Assembly: GCA_044359815.1 (NCBI GenBank)
Contig: JBIKLL010000005.1
Location: forward strand, 18,840 to 82,839
Length of the DNA stretch: 64,000 nt
Source: Pseudobdellovibrionaceae bacterium
GTDB lineage: Bacteria > Bdellovibrionota > Bdellovibrionia > Bdellovibrionales > Bdellovibrionaceae
Direction of reading: 5' to 3'
Below are positions 36,070 through 45,291 of the stretch, one piece after another. The notes beneath the pieces are model-generated. The model ran no database searches, had not been told where the DNA came from, and worked only from the letters and a program-made list of their open reading frames with translations. How positions within the stretch are numbered: position 1 is the stretch's first letter; each line of letters starts with the position of its first letter. The translations under genes were made by a program, and so were the position numbers.

Positions 36070-36617
36070 GAATAATTGCTGGTAAATACGGGGGGCTGCA
36101 TTTGTTGTCTTTTGATAACAAGCACATCAGGCCAACCACTGACCGTGAAAAAGAAAGCATTTTTAATATTTTGCAAAACCACATAGATTCAGCCCGTGTA
36201 TTAGATTTGTTTTCTGGCACTGGAAGCCTGGGATTAGAGGCCCTGTCACGGGGGGCCGCCTTTGTTCAGTTTGTGGACTTTCATGTGCAATCAATAAAGC
36301 TCATTAAGGACAATATTAAAAAACTCAAAATATCTGAGGATCATCAGGTCCTAAAAGCTGATGTGATCAAATTTCTAAAAGCTTACGAGGGGCCAGCTTT
36401 TGAAATAATCCTGATCGATCCACCCTTTACGAAAACCATGGCTCAGGAAGTCATGATGGGATTAAAAGATTCAAAAGTTCACACCGAGGGAACCCTGGTG
36501 TGTATCGAGACTGGAAAAAGCGAAAAACTTGATTCTGAATATGGCTTTTTAAAGACCAAAAGTGTAAAAACCTTTAAGGACAAGCATCTGTATATTTTTG
36601 TTCACCAAAACGTGTGA
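36066..36617 (+). CDS. rsmD: 16S rRNA m2G966 methyltransferase
   Basis: RIIAGK, RPTTD, DLFSGTGSLGLEALSRGA and DPPF motifs. Confidence 0.95.
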   Translation: MRIIAGKYGGLHLLSFDNKHIRPTTDREKESIFNILQNHIDSARVLDLFSGTGSLGLEALSRGAAFVQFVDFHVQSIKLIKDNIKKLKISEDHQVLKADVIKFLKAYEGPAFEIILIDPPFTKTMAQEVMMGLKDSKVHTEGTLVCIETGKSEKLDSEYGFLKTKSVKTFKDKHLYIFVHQNV

Positions 36618-36675
36618 ACAAAAGCTGAGTCTGCTCTGGGATGCACAGGCAACAATTGAATTGGGAATCTAAATC

Positions 36676-37170
36676 ATGAAACACAAAATCGCTGTTTATC
36701 CTGGAAGTTTTGATCCACTTCACAATGGACATTTGGACGTTATCAAAAGAGCCAGTGTGATTTTTGATAAAGTTGTGGTTTTAGTTTCGATGAATCCAGA
36801 CAAAAAATATTTTTTTAGTGCAGCCGATAGAAAAAAACTGATCGAAGAGTCCTTGGGTTCTGTGAAAAATGTTGAGGTTCAAACTTTCAATGGATTGACA
36901 GTCAATTATCTGAAATCCATTGGATCCAAAATCATCGTGCGTGGGCTTCGGGCTATGGCTGATTTTGAGTTTGAAATGTCGATGGCACATCTGAACAAAA
37001 AACTAGATGCAGATGTGGAAACCTTATTAATTTTTTCAGATCCAGAGCATTATTTTATTTCTTCCAGAGGGGTCAGGGAAATCGCCCAGCATAACGGAGA
37101 TCTGACCGAATTAGTGCCCAAAAATGTTGCCACTGCATTTAAGAAATCTAAAAAACGAGGTTCAAAATGA
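36676..37170 (+). CDS. coaD: Pantetheine-phosphate adenylyltransferase
   Basis: YPGSFDP..NGH, RGLR..ADFE and ISS motifs. Confidence 0.97.
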   Translation: MKHKIAVYPGSFDPLHNGHLDVIKRASVIFDKVVVLVSMNPDKKYFFSAADRKKLIEESLGSVKNVEVQTFNGLTVNYLKSIGSKIIVRGLRAMADFEFEMSMAHLNKKLDADVETLLIFSDPEHYFISSRGVREIAQHNGDLTELVPKNVATAFKKSKKRGSK

Positions 37171-38366
37171 AATTTTCAAAACGCACTCAGTTGTTAAAAC
37201 CTTCGCCGACTTTGGCTTTAGCTAATTTAGCCAGAGAGCTGGCAGCTAAAGGCAACGATGTTGTTTCATTGACCGTCGGTGAACCTGATTGGGCGACTTT
37301 TCCAGCCATAAAATCCGCAGCTATCGAGGCCATTCAAAAAGATTTTACTAAATACACTGCCAGCAATGGGATCATCGAACTGCGTGAAGCCATCGCAAAC
37401 AATCTGAGCAAAGAAATTGGGATTACCTATAAACCAAATCAAATCGCAGTGGGCACCGGGGCAAAGTACATTATCTATGCTTTACTGCAGTTGCTGATTG
37501 ATGATGGAGATGAAGTTTTAATCCCTGCTCCTTATTGGGTAAGCTATCCAACAATGGTTGAGCTAGCGGGCGGAGTTCCCAAGATTATTGAATGTGGTGA
37601 GGTCGAAAATTTCAAACTGACTGCGGCTAAATTAAAGTCAGCGATTAGTTCAAAAACCAAGGCCTTGATTTTATGCAGTCCCAGCAATCCGACGGGGCTT
37701 AGTTACACCAAACAAGAACTGACTGAATTAGTCTCAATTTTTAAAGAGAATCCTAATTTGATTGTGTTGTCAGATGACATTTACAACAGATTGGTGTTTT
37801 CGACTGAATTTGTAGCGCCTCATATTTTGCAAATCGCTCCTGAATTGCAGGGGCAAGTGATTCCGATTAACGGAGCTTCAAAATCCATGTCCATGACTGG
37901 CTGGAGGGTAGGTTGGGCGGCGGGTCCTGCTGATCTGATGCAATTGATGAATGATTTTTTAAGTCAATCGACCTCAAATTTATCCAGCATTTCACAAAAA
38001 GCCACTTTGGCGGGATTGCAAAAATGCGAACCCGACATGAAGTTGGCCCGTGAAAAGCTGATTGAGCGAAAAACATTAGGAATGAATTCTTTTGAAAAGC
38101 TAAAATATTTTAAAGCCTACGAACCACAAGGTGCTTTTTATTTTTGGGTGAACGTAAAGGGAACCTTTGGTAAATCATTTAAGGGCGAAAACATTCAGTC
38201 CTCGTCCCAGGTTGCAAAAATGCTGCTGAATCATTTTTTTGTAGCAACAGTCCCTGGAGAAGAGTTCGGAAGCCCTGGACATCTGCGAATGAGTTTTGCC
38301 ACATCAGACGCCAACATGAAAAAGGCCTTTGATCGATTCAAAGATTTCGAAACTCAACTGACATAA
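37167..38366 (+). CDS. aspC: Class I PLP-dependent (aspartate) aminotransferase
   Basis: GEPD, SPSNPTG, DDIY and SKSMSMTGWRVG motifs. Confidence 0.9.
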   Translation: MKFSKRTQLLKPSPTLALANLARELAAKGNDVVSLTVGEPDWATFPAIKSAAIEAIQKDFTKYTASNGIIELREAIANNLSKEIGITYKPNQIAVGTGAKYIIYALLQLLIDDGDEVLIPAPYWVSYPTMVELAGGVPKIIECGEVENFKLTAAKLKSAISSKTKALILCSPSNPTGLSYTKQELTELVSIFKENPNLIVLSDDIYNRLVFSTEFVAPHILQIAPELQGQVIPINGASKSMSMTGWRVGWAAGPADLMQLMNDFLSQSTSNLSSISQKATLAGLQKCEPDMKLAREKLIERKTLGMNSFEKLKYFKAYEPQGAFYFWVNVKGTFGKSFKGENIQSSSQVAKMLLNHFFVATVPGEEFGSPGHLRMSFATSDANMKKAFDRFKDFETQLT

Positions 38367-38369
38367 AAA

Positions 38370-38859
38370 TAAGCCTGACCCATTATTTGTATTTTTAAAA
38401 TACTTCGATGATTTTACACCTTGAGAATACATTTGCGAGCGCGACGGTTAATTTACCGCCGCATATCTGGTGTTGTGTCATAATGTGAAAGCGCAATTTT
38501 TATTGAATCTGAATTAGTTTTCTGAAACCAGATTTTGCATTTTCAAATTTTTCTTTATTTTATACCTTTTGAATACTTGCTAACGGCCGCAAGCTCATCT
38601 CTCGTATTGTGTCATGCCGCCATTGCTGCATGACACAACACCAGATATGCCATGCGCGCTCGCAAATGTATTCAAAAGGTATAAAATAAAGAAAAATTTG
38701 AAAATACAAAATCTGGTTTCAGAAAACTAACCTTAGATTGATTAACTGCTTTTAAGTTTATGACTCAATACGAGAGATGAGCTTGCGGCCGTTAGCAAGT
38801 ATTCACAAGGTGTAAAATCATCGAAGTATTTTTAAAATACAAATAATGGGTCTAGCTTA
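38370..38859. repeat. Nested A/B fold-back element, locus 1 (490 bp; order A, B, A', B')
   Basis: Outer IR 38370-38430 / 38799-38859; inner 63-bp IR 38514-38576 / 38668-38730 with one mismatch. Confidence 0.9.
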
Positions 38860-38967
38860 AAAATTTTTCAGCAGTTTTCGAATCTTTACTCATACCAAAG
38901 TCCAAAGAGTCTCGGTTGGCGATCTGAATTATTGTGATGTCCAGTGCCCATTAGATAGAATGTCAGT

Positions 38968-39789
38968 ATGACGGCATGGATACTGTTTCAGATTTTATTG
39001 AACTTGATGGTTTTAACTTTTGTTTCTGTCCTGTGGTTCAGATCGCTGCGACCTAGCAAGGACGATCCCCGTATGAGTCGGGGACTGCAATTGTTGCAAT
39101 CAAAAATTGCTGTGCTGGAGGATCTGATTGATCGCACAGACAATCAGGGTCAGACATTGTTATCCATGATGGAAACAAAAACTGCCGAGCTGAAAATCAG
39201 AATCAAAGAAGCCGAAGAAGAATTGAAAAACATCGAAGAATCTCGTAAAAAAAGCTTGGAAGTCGCCAAAATATTTCAGGACAAAGTTCCTCACGATGAT
39301 ATTTTGCAGATGCAGAAGTCACAAAAATACGTCAAGGCCGCCAAAATGGCTAATGCCGGAATCGATATAAAAGAAATCGCAAGACAGGTTGATTTATCAT
39401 TGGGCGAGCTGGAATTTATTTCCAAGGTTAATCAGGATGAATTGCAGTTTTCAGATCAAGATTTACCAGGCTGGATTGAAGATTCAGCTGTTGTTAAAAC
39501 TAATGAAATTCAAAACTCCACGCCGGCTGTTAATAGATCTGTGCACAAAACTGATTCGCAAAAACTGGAGGATTTGGGAAACAAATTCAGACAGGTTATG
39601 GCATCAGGAAATACAGCGATAATGGGTGCATCTAGTAGTGTTTCACCAGTTCCTAATACCGGAATGGGATCTGCGACTGTTGTAAAAAGTAATTTTGGTA
39701 ATCCGTCCGCAGCTGTTAAGCAACCTGTTAATGAACCTGGCCAGATCAAACGGGTGGTCTTTCCAAAAATCCAATCAGGGTCTTTTTAG
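38968..39789 (+). CDS. Membrane-anchored coiled-coil protein with DUF2802-like HTH
   Basis: N-terminal TM, coiled coil, AAKMA..G..I.EIA..VDLSLGELE. Confidence 0.7.
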   Translation: MTAWILFQILLNLMVLTFVSVLWFRSLRPSKDDPRMSRGLQLLQSKIAVLEDLIDRTDNQGQTLLSMMETKTAELKIRIKEAEEELKNIEESRKKSLEVAKIFQDKVPHDDILQMQKSQKYVKAAKMANAGIDIKEIARQVDLSLGELEFISKVNQDELQFSDQDLPGWIEDSAVVKTNEIQNSTPAVNRSVHKTDSQKLEDLGNKFRQVMASGNTAIMGASSSVSPVPNTGMGSATVVKSNFGNPSAAVKQPVNEPGQIKRVVFPKIQSGSF

Positions 39790-39791
39790 TC

Positions 39792-40028
39792 ATGAAGAAC
39801 TTAGCTTTAGAAAAGGGACAAACAGTCTTGGCAAAGGTCATCGAAAAAGTTTCTGATGGCGTTTTGATTGTCAGCATTTACGGAAATCTGATCAGGGTCG
39901 TTAATGAATCTAATAATCCGATTCAGATCAATCAGGTCATTCAGTTAACAGTGACTCACCAAGATCCGTTGCAATTTAAAATCGAAAATTTCAGTAAATC
40001 AACCAGATCCAGTGACTTGTATATCTAG
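39792..40028 (+). CDS. Small OB-fold-like hypothetical protein
   Basis: ORF closely coupled to the upstream gene; beta-rich. Confidence 0.6.
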   Translation: MKNLALEKGQTVLAKVIEKVSDGVLIVSIYGNLIRVVNESNNPIQINQVIQLTVTHQDPLQFKIENFSKSTRSSDLYI

Positions 40029-40945
40029 ACAGGCCCTATTTTTGTTTCCTTGATGGCGTCGTCTTCAGTCGACAAACGGTTTTTTAATTTAGCGCCCAGG
40101 TCCTCTAGCTCTTTGAATTCATCCTTTGTGCGCAGCCTGAATTCGCGAACTTTGCCATCCAACAAATCATTTGTAAATTTCTGAAACGAATATATTGGCC
40201 CGGCAATATTGTGCGAAATAATTTTTCCAGCCGTAAATAAAATCGCGCAACATCCAATGACCACCAATGAAAAGGTCATCACAAAGGGCAGTAGAAATCG
40301 ATCCAGAATCACCGTGTTGTTACCAACAATTTCCAGGATCGTGACCCGCAAGTAGGTGTAAAAGAAAACCAAGCTGACTAAGCCAATACCCAGCCCCACA
40401 CTTAGCAACAGCATGCAGTATTTCAATTGAAACTTCATATTGATCCAATACTGTTTGCGGGCATTATTTTCGGGCCACAGAATGTCGCCGTCACGAATGA
40501 TAGAATAAACAATCATGCCGTATCCAATCCATTGAATGGCATCTGCCAGATTGAAAGCAGGACTAGTGATGTTCACAGTGCCAACAACAATAAAATCAAT
40601 CACGTGACCATAAATGATTCTGTCGGTGACGTTGCCTAAAATCCCACCTAATAAAACCGACAGACCTGTTCTTAGAACCAAAGATCTGATTGGTAGCAAA
40701 TATTGAATCAGGGCGTAGGTGCAAACCAAGAAAGCTCCACCGGTCGACAACGATACGACCCGCAGTACGGGTGGCAGATCTGCAAACAATCCCAACATTG
40801 CGCCTGGATTGTGATGTAATACGAATCCAAAAAAACCATATGATTTGATTCCTACCAGGCTGTCAGCCCATTCTTTGGTAATGCGGTCAATAAACCAAGT
40901 CAGAAACAAGGGTACAAACACTATGAACCATTCTCTGTTCTTCAT
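40025..40945 (-). CDS. lspA: Lipoprotein signal peptidase II with C-terminal 2TM + HAMP-like extension
   Basis: DRITK, NPGA, GNVTDR, VIDF and FNLAD motifs; C-terminal SHNIAGPI...LRTKDEFKEL. Confidence 0.85.
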   Translation of the reverse strand: MKNREWFIVFVPLFLTWFIDRITKEWADSLVGIKSYGFFGFVLHHNPGAMLGLFADLPPVLRVVSLSTGGAFLVCTYALIQYLLPIRSLVLRTGLSVLLGGILGNVTDRIIYGHVIDFIVVGTVNITSPAFNLADAIQWIGYGMIVYSIIRDGDILWPENNARKQYWINMKFQLKYCMLLLSVGLGIGLVSLVFFYTYLRVTILEIVGNNTVILDRFLLPFVMTFSLVVIGCCAILFTAGKIISHNIAGPIYSFQKFTNDLLDGKVREFRLRTKDEFKELEDLGAKLKNRLSTEDDAIKETKIGPV

Positions 40946-41875
40946 TTAGTTCCTTCCTGCGGTGACGATTTTGTTTCGTCCCATTTCCTTAGCTCTGTAA
41001 AGCGCTTGATCAGCGCCTTCAATAATTGCTTTATAGGTTTTTCCCATCAAAGGAAAATTGCTTATACCCAGACTGATTGTGATGGGCTTTTTGTCTTTTG
41101 AAAACTCTTTTTCAACGGCTGACCGTAATCTTTCAGCCACAAGCTCAGAAGACTTCAAATCAGTGTCTGGTAAAATAACAGAGAACTCTTCACCACCATA
41201 ACGACAGACAACATCAAAGTTCCTTAGGTGCTTTTCAAATAATCTGGAAATTTTAAACAAAATTGAATTTCCTTGTGGATGCCCTTCGCTGTCATTGTAT
41301 TCTTTAAAGTGATCGATATCTATCATCAGCAGACCCAGTGGTCTGTTATGGCGTTTTGCGCGCTCCAGCTCTGTTCCCAGGCAGGATTCAAAGTACCTGA
41401 AATTTTTTAAATTAGTAATGGGATCTGTGATCGCCTGTTGTTGTAATTCTGCTTTCTCTAAAAATATGCGAGCCAATTGTGATGCCTGCAGCATTTGCAG
41501 TCTGAAAGTCTCATTGTCCCAAGGCTTCAGGTAACATGAATGAATCCAATTATTATCAAACGCAGGTTGGATCAGTTTCCAGTCAACATGACCTGATACC
41601 AAGATTCTAACTGTGGCTGGCGAAATTTTGCCGATCGATTTCAATAGCTCCAGACCGTTTTGACCTGGCAACAAATAATCAGCAATGATGATATCAGGAT
41701 TATGACTTAAAAACTTACCAGAACCTTCATCAAAACTGGAAGCTGTTTCGACTTTAAAATCCTTGGACAAAAGTTTTGCCAGATTATTGCGAATGATTTC
41801 TTCATCATCAACAATCAGAAGCTTCAGTTTCTGATCAGGAGATTCTGTTAAATGCATATCGCTGTGTTCGCTCAT
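40946..41875 (-). CDS. Response-regulator diguanylate cyclase (REC-GGDEF)
   Basis: LIVDD, DYLLP, DIDHFKEYND, RNFD I-site and GGEEF motifs. Confidence 0.95.
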   Translation of the reverse strand: MSEHSDMHLTESPDQKLKLLIVDDEEIIRNNLAKLLSKDFKVETASSFDEGSGKFLSHNPDIIIADYLLPGQNGLELLKSIGKISPATVRILVSGHVDWKLIQPAFDNNWIHSCYLKPWDNETFRLQMLQASQLARIFLEKAELQQQAITDPITNLKNFRYFESCLGTELERAKRHNRPLGLLMIDIDHFKEYNDSEGHPQGNSILFKISRLFEKHLRNFDVVCRYGGEEFSVILPDTDLKSSELVAERLRSAVEKEFSKDKKPITISLGISNFPLMGKTYKAIIEGADQALYRAKEMGRNKIVTAGRN

Positions 41876-41965
41876 GGTTGTGGTGATCCTGTTTGTTGGT
41901 GCTAACACTTGATGTTCAATAACCTTTCGGTTGAATCACTTAATTTCTGCAGATAAGATTTTGAT

Positions 41966-43393
41966 ATGACTCAAATATTTTATTTTTTAATGTGTCTATG
42001 CCTGCCCCTTTTCGCTAACTCACAATCCGCCCGTCTGGTCGAGTCTTTAAAATCCAAGCTTCAAGCTGAGATTTCAAAAGCTAAAATCCCAACCAAGGAC
42101 CTGGGGCTTATTGCTACGATTCATTCTGATGCGTCAGTGCAAGAAATTTTTGAACTGAATTCTGATAAACAATTCACCCCGGCTTCTATCACCAAGCTGA
42201 TAACAGCAGCAGCAGTGTTGAATCAAATTCCGCCGGGAACTCGGTTTAAAACATTTTTGTATTTTAGAGGGAAGCCTGAGGGCGAAACCTTGAAAGGTTC
42301 TGTTGTCTTGGCTGGCAGCGGAGATCCTTCATTTGTGTCGGAAAACATGTGGTTTTTGGTAAACGCTTTTACGCGAACCGGAGTGCGAAACATTCAGGGC
42401 GACATTATTATTGATAGTACGATTTTTGATTCGGTAAAATTTGATGAAAGCCGCGAAAAAGACCGCGTTGATCGAGCCTATGATGCCCCGACCAGTGGAG
42501 CTTCTTTTAATTGGAATTCTGTAAATATTTTTGTCAGACCGTCCAAATCAGGGCAGCCCGCCAGTGTATTTTTAGATCCTGAAAATCAATTCACTCATTT
42601 GGTTAACAAGGTTAAAACTGTGGCTGCCGGCAAAAAGACCGAAGTGTTTTCAGACAGACTGGATTCTAATGATGGTAAAAACACTATTAAAGTTTACGGT
42701 CAGATCGCAGAAAATGATAAAGAAGTCACAATTTTTAAAAACATCACTCAACCTGATCTGTGGATCGGTAACCAGCTTGTTTCATTTTTAAAACAAAGAG
42801 GCGTGACAGTTAGTGGTAAAGTCATTGTGGGAAAATCTAATGCCAGTGATGTGGTGGCAGCTGTTTCTGAATCCAAACCTATCGAACACATGCTGTCTGA
42901 TATGAATAAATTTTCGAACAACTATGTGGCAGAAATGTTGACAAAACAATTAGGATCTTTGTCCAGTACACCCGGGACAATTGAAAATGGTGTTCAGAAA
43001 ATGCGAATCTATCTTAAGGATATAGGGATCCCTGAAAAAGAATATGTTTTACTGAGCCCTTCGGGATTAAATCGCGATAATCAATTTACGGCTAAGCATT
43101 TTTTAACTGTTCTTACTGCAGTTCAAAAACAATTAAAACTGTACCCCGAATTTCTGTCGTCGCTGCCCATTGCCGGTGTTGATGGGACTCTGAAAAATCG
43201 AATGAAGGGGACTCCGGCTGAAAGGTGGGTCAGAGCCAAGACTGGATATTTGAATTCTGTTATCAGCCTGGCTGGTTTTGCAGGACGTAAGGATGGAACT
43301 GTTGTTCCCTTTGTTTTCATTTTTAATGGTTCAGCCGATGAAGCAAAAGTGAGATCATTATTTGATCGCTTGAGCACAATATTGGTGGAGTAA
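41966..43393 (+). CDS. dacB: D-Ala-D-Ala carboxy/endopeptidase PBP4
   Basis: PASITKL (SxxK), SNN and AKTG motifs; GDP motif. Confidence 0.95.
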   Translation: MTQIFYFLMCLCLPLFANSQSARLVESLKSKLQAEISKAKIPTKDLGLIATIHSDASVQEIFELNSDKQFTPASITKLITAAAVLNQIPPGTRFKTFLYFRGKPEGETLKGSVVLAGSGDPSFVSENMWFLVNAFTRTGVRNIQGDIIIDSTIFDSVKFDESREKDRVDRAYDAPTSGASFNWNSVNIFVRPSKSGQPASVFLDPENQFTHLVNKVKTVAAGKKTEVFSDRLDSNDGKNTIKVYGQIAENDKEVTIFKNITQPDLWIGNQLVSFLKQRGVTVSGKVIVGKSNASDVVAAVSESKPIEHMLSDMNKFSNNYVAEMLTKQLGSLSSTPGTIENGVQKMRIYLKDIGIPEKEYVLLSPSGLNRDNQFTAKHFLTVLTAVQKQLKLYPEFLSSLPIAGVDGTLKNRMKGTPAERWVRAKTGYLNSVISLAGFAGRKDGTVVPFVFIFNGSADEAKVRSLFDRLSTILVE

Positions 43394-43394
43394 C

Positions 43395-44822
43395 GTGAAC
43401 AAGATTTTAAAGTTTATACTGATAGTTGGAGTTATGGATGGTTTTATTGCCTGTTCACATGCGCAATCAACCGCACCAGAACCTTCAGCGGTGGATGCAG
43501 CAGATACCAGATATCCAGCAGTCAGTGATGAGGAAGTCCCCGACGACACACCTGTACAGTTTGAGGAAATTGCTGGTAATCAGTCATTAACTGGTAAAAG
43601 ACCTTGGCGTCCACCCAATTATGCCAGTCAAGAAAACAGCATGGGTTACAGTAAAGAGGTTTTTGATATCCCTAAGGGCTTAGAAACTAACGTAAAATTT
43701 TGGACAGATATTTACACCAAGTACACGACAGACCAAGGGGTCTTGCATGATTCTGAACACATTGATCTGATTTATAAAGAAATCGACTTCAGATCCATTT
43801 CTTCCAGAGGTGATTTAGACATTTATCAAAAAGAAAGAGCCAAAATAAAAATTCTGAAGGAAGCTAAAAAACAAATTATTTCGATGTTGAAAAAGCTGGA
43901 AGAGATCAAAGACCCCAGTGAACTGAACGAGGAAGAAAAGCGTATCTGGGAAGCTTTTAAAAACGAAGAAACTCCTAAAAAATTCAAAGTGGCTCAAGGT
44001 AAAAACAGATTGCGATTTCAGTTGGGCCAACGTGACCGAGTGATCCAGGGGATCTTTTTTTCGGGCAGGTATCTGGAAGAATTTGAAACTATATTTCGCG
44101 AACAAGGAATCCCGATTGAACTGACGCGAATTGCATTTGTTGAAAGCTCTTTTAACGTCATGGCTCGCAGTAAAGTTGGTGCCAGCGGTATTTGGCAAAT
44201 CATGCCCTACACTGCAAAAGGATTTATGAAAAAAGATCCGGCTTTTGATTTGAGAAATCATCCGATTGAAGCCACTAAATTAGCCGCCAAATTGTTTCGC
44301 AATAACTATAATATGCTAAAGGCTTGGCCGTTAGCTGTGACTGGTTACAATCATGGACCTGCAGGCGTGCTCAGATTAACCAAAAGATATAAAACCAGAG
44401 AGCTTGGGGAATTAGTTGAAAATGTCAGTTCCAGTAAATCATTTGGCTTTGCCTCTAGAAACTTTTACGCCAGTTTTTTAGCAATTTTAAAAATTGAAGC
44501 TGAAGCACCAAAATATTTTGGTCAGGTTCAATGGTCAGAACTATTAAATCAAGTGAATCTGAAAACCGAATTTCCTATCAAATACGCTGATCTGTTAAGA
44601 TGGTTTGATGGCAGTGATGAAAAACTGCAGATCTATAATCCTCACATCAATAAAATTGCCAGAACAGGCAAAAAAGACATTCCAGCAGGAGTGGTTGTAT
44701 CGGTGATGAAGGACAAAGAAGAAATCGTCAAAGCAGAACTGACTGATGCCCAGAAAATCAAAGAGGCCAGAAACCAACAGGTTTCGGCCCCCTCAATCAA
44801 TCGAACCGCTAACTCTTACTAA
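43395..44822 (+). CDS. Lytic transglycosylase (MltD-like SLT domain)
   Basis: VESSF, GASGIWQIM and YNHG motifs. Confidence 0.9.
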   Translation: MNKILKFILIVGVMDGFIACSHAQSTAPEPSAVDAADTRYPAVSDEEVPDDTPVQFEEIAGNQSLTGKRPWRPPNYASQENSMGYSKEVFDIPKGLETNVKFWTDIYTKYTTDQGVLHDSEHIDLIYKEIDFRSISSRGDLDIYQKERAKIKILKEAKKQIISMLKKLEEIKDPSELNEEEKRIWEAFKNEETPKKFKVAQGKNRLRFQLGQRDRVIQGIFFSGRYLEEFETIFREQGIPIELTRIAFVESSFNVMARSKVGASGIWQIMPYTAKGFMKKDPAFDLRNHPIEATKLAAKLFRNNYNMLKAWPLAVTGYNHGPAGVLRLTKRYKTRELGELVENVSSSKSFGFASRNFYASFLAILKIEAEAPKYFGQVQWSELLNQVNLKTEFPIKYADLLRWFDGSDEKLQIYNPHINKIARTGKKDIPAGVVVSVMKDKEEIVKAELTDAQKIKEARNQQVSAPSINRTANSY

Positions 44823-44829
44823 TTCCAGT

Positions 44830-45235
44830 TGCCCTGGTAGTTTTGAATTTTAGAAAATATTTCTATGATTTTACATCTTGAGAATACTTGCTAACGGCCG
44901 CAAGCTCATCTCTCGTATTGCTTGCATGCAAAGGTAATTTGTTTTTACTGTTTTTAGACACATGCAGCGAGCGCGCGGGGCATATCTGGTGTTGAGTCAT
45001 TTAGATTAATCAGTTTTATGATAATTTTTTAATCGTAAAACTGATTAATCTAAATGACTCAATACGAGAGATGAGCCCGCGGCCGTTAGCGAGTGTCTAA
45101 AAATAGTGAAAAAAATTAACTTTGCATTTATGCAACACCAGATATGCGGCGGTAAATTAAACGTCGCGCTCGCAAATGTATTCTCAAGGTGTAAAATCAT
45201 AGAAATATTTTTTAAAATTCAAAATTACCGGGGCA
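44830..45235. repeat. Nested A/B fold-back element, locus 2 (406 bp; order B, A, B', A', i.e. locus 1 reversed)
   Basis: Outer IR 44830-44887 / 45178-45235; central IR 44995-45022 / 45032-45059; same A and B modules as locus 1. Confidence 0.9.
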
Positions 45236-45291
45236 GATATTTACTGGTACTTTGCTTATTTCTCAGTGCTCAATCTGCCCGGTGGTTTAAT

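Noticed and set aside
38577..38798. GCTAAC...GTTAGC in module B as integron attC R''/R' boxes
   Set aside because: The match to RYYYAAC/GTTRRRY is imperfect, the flanking genes are core-type rather than a cassette array, no integrase is present, and B faces A in the long rod fold.
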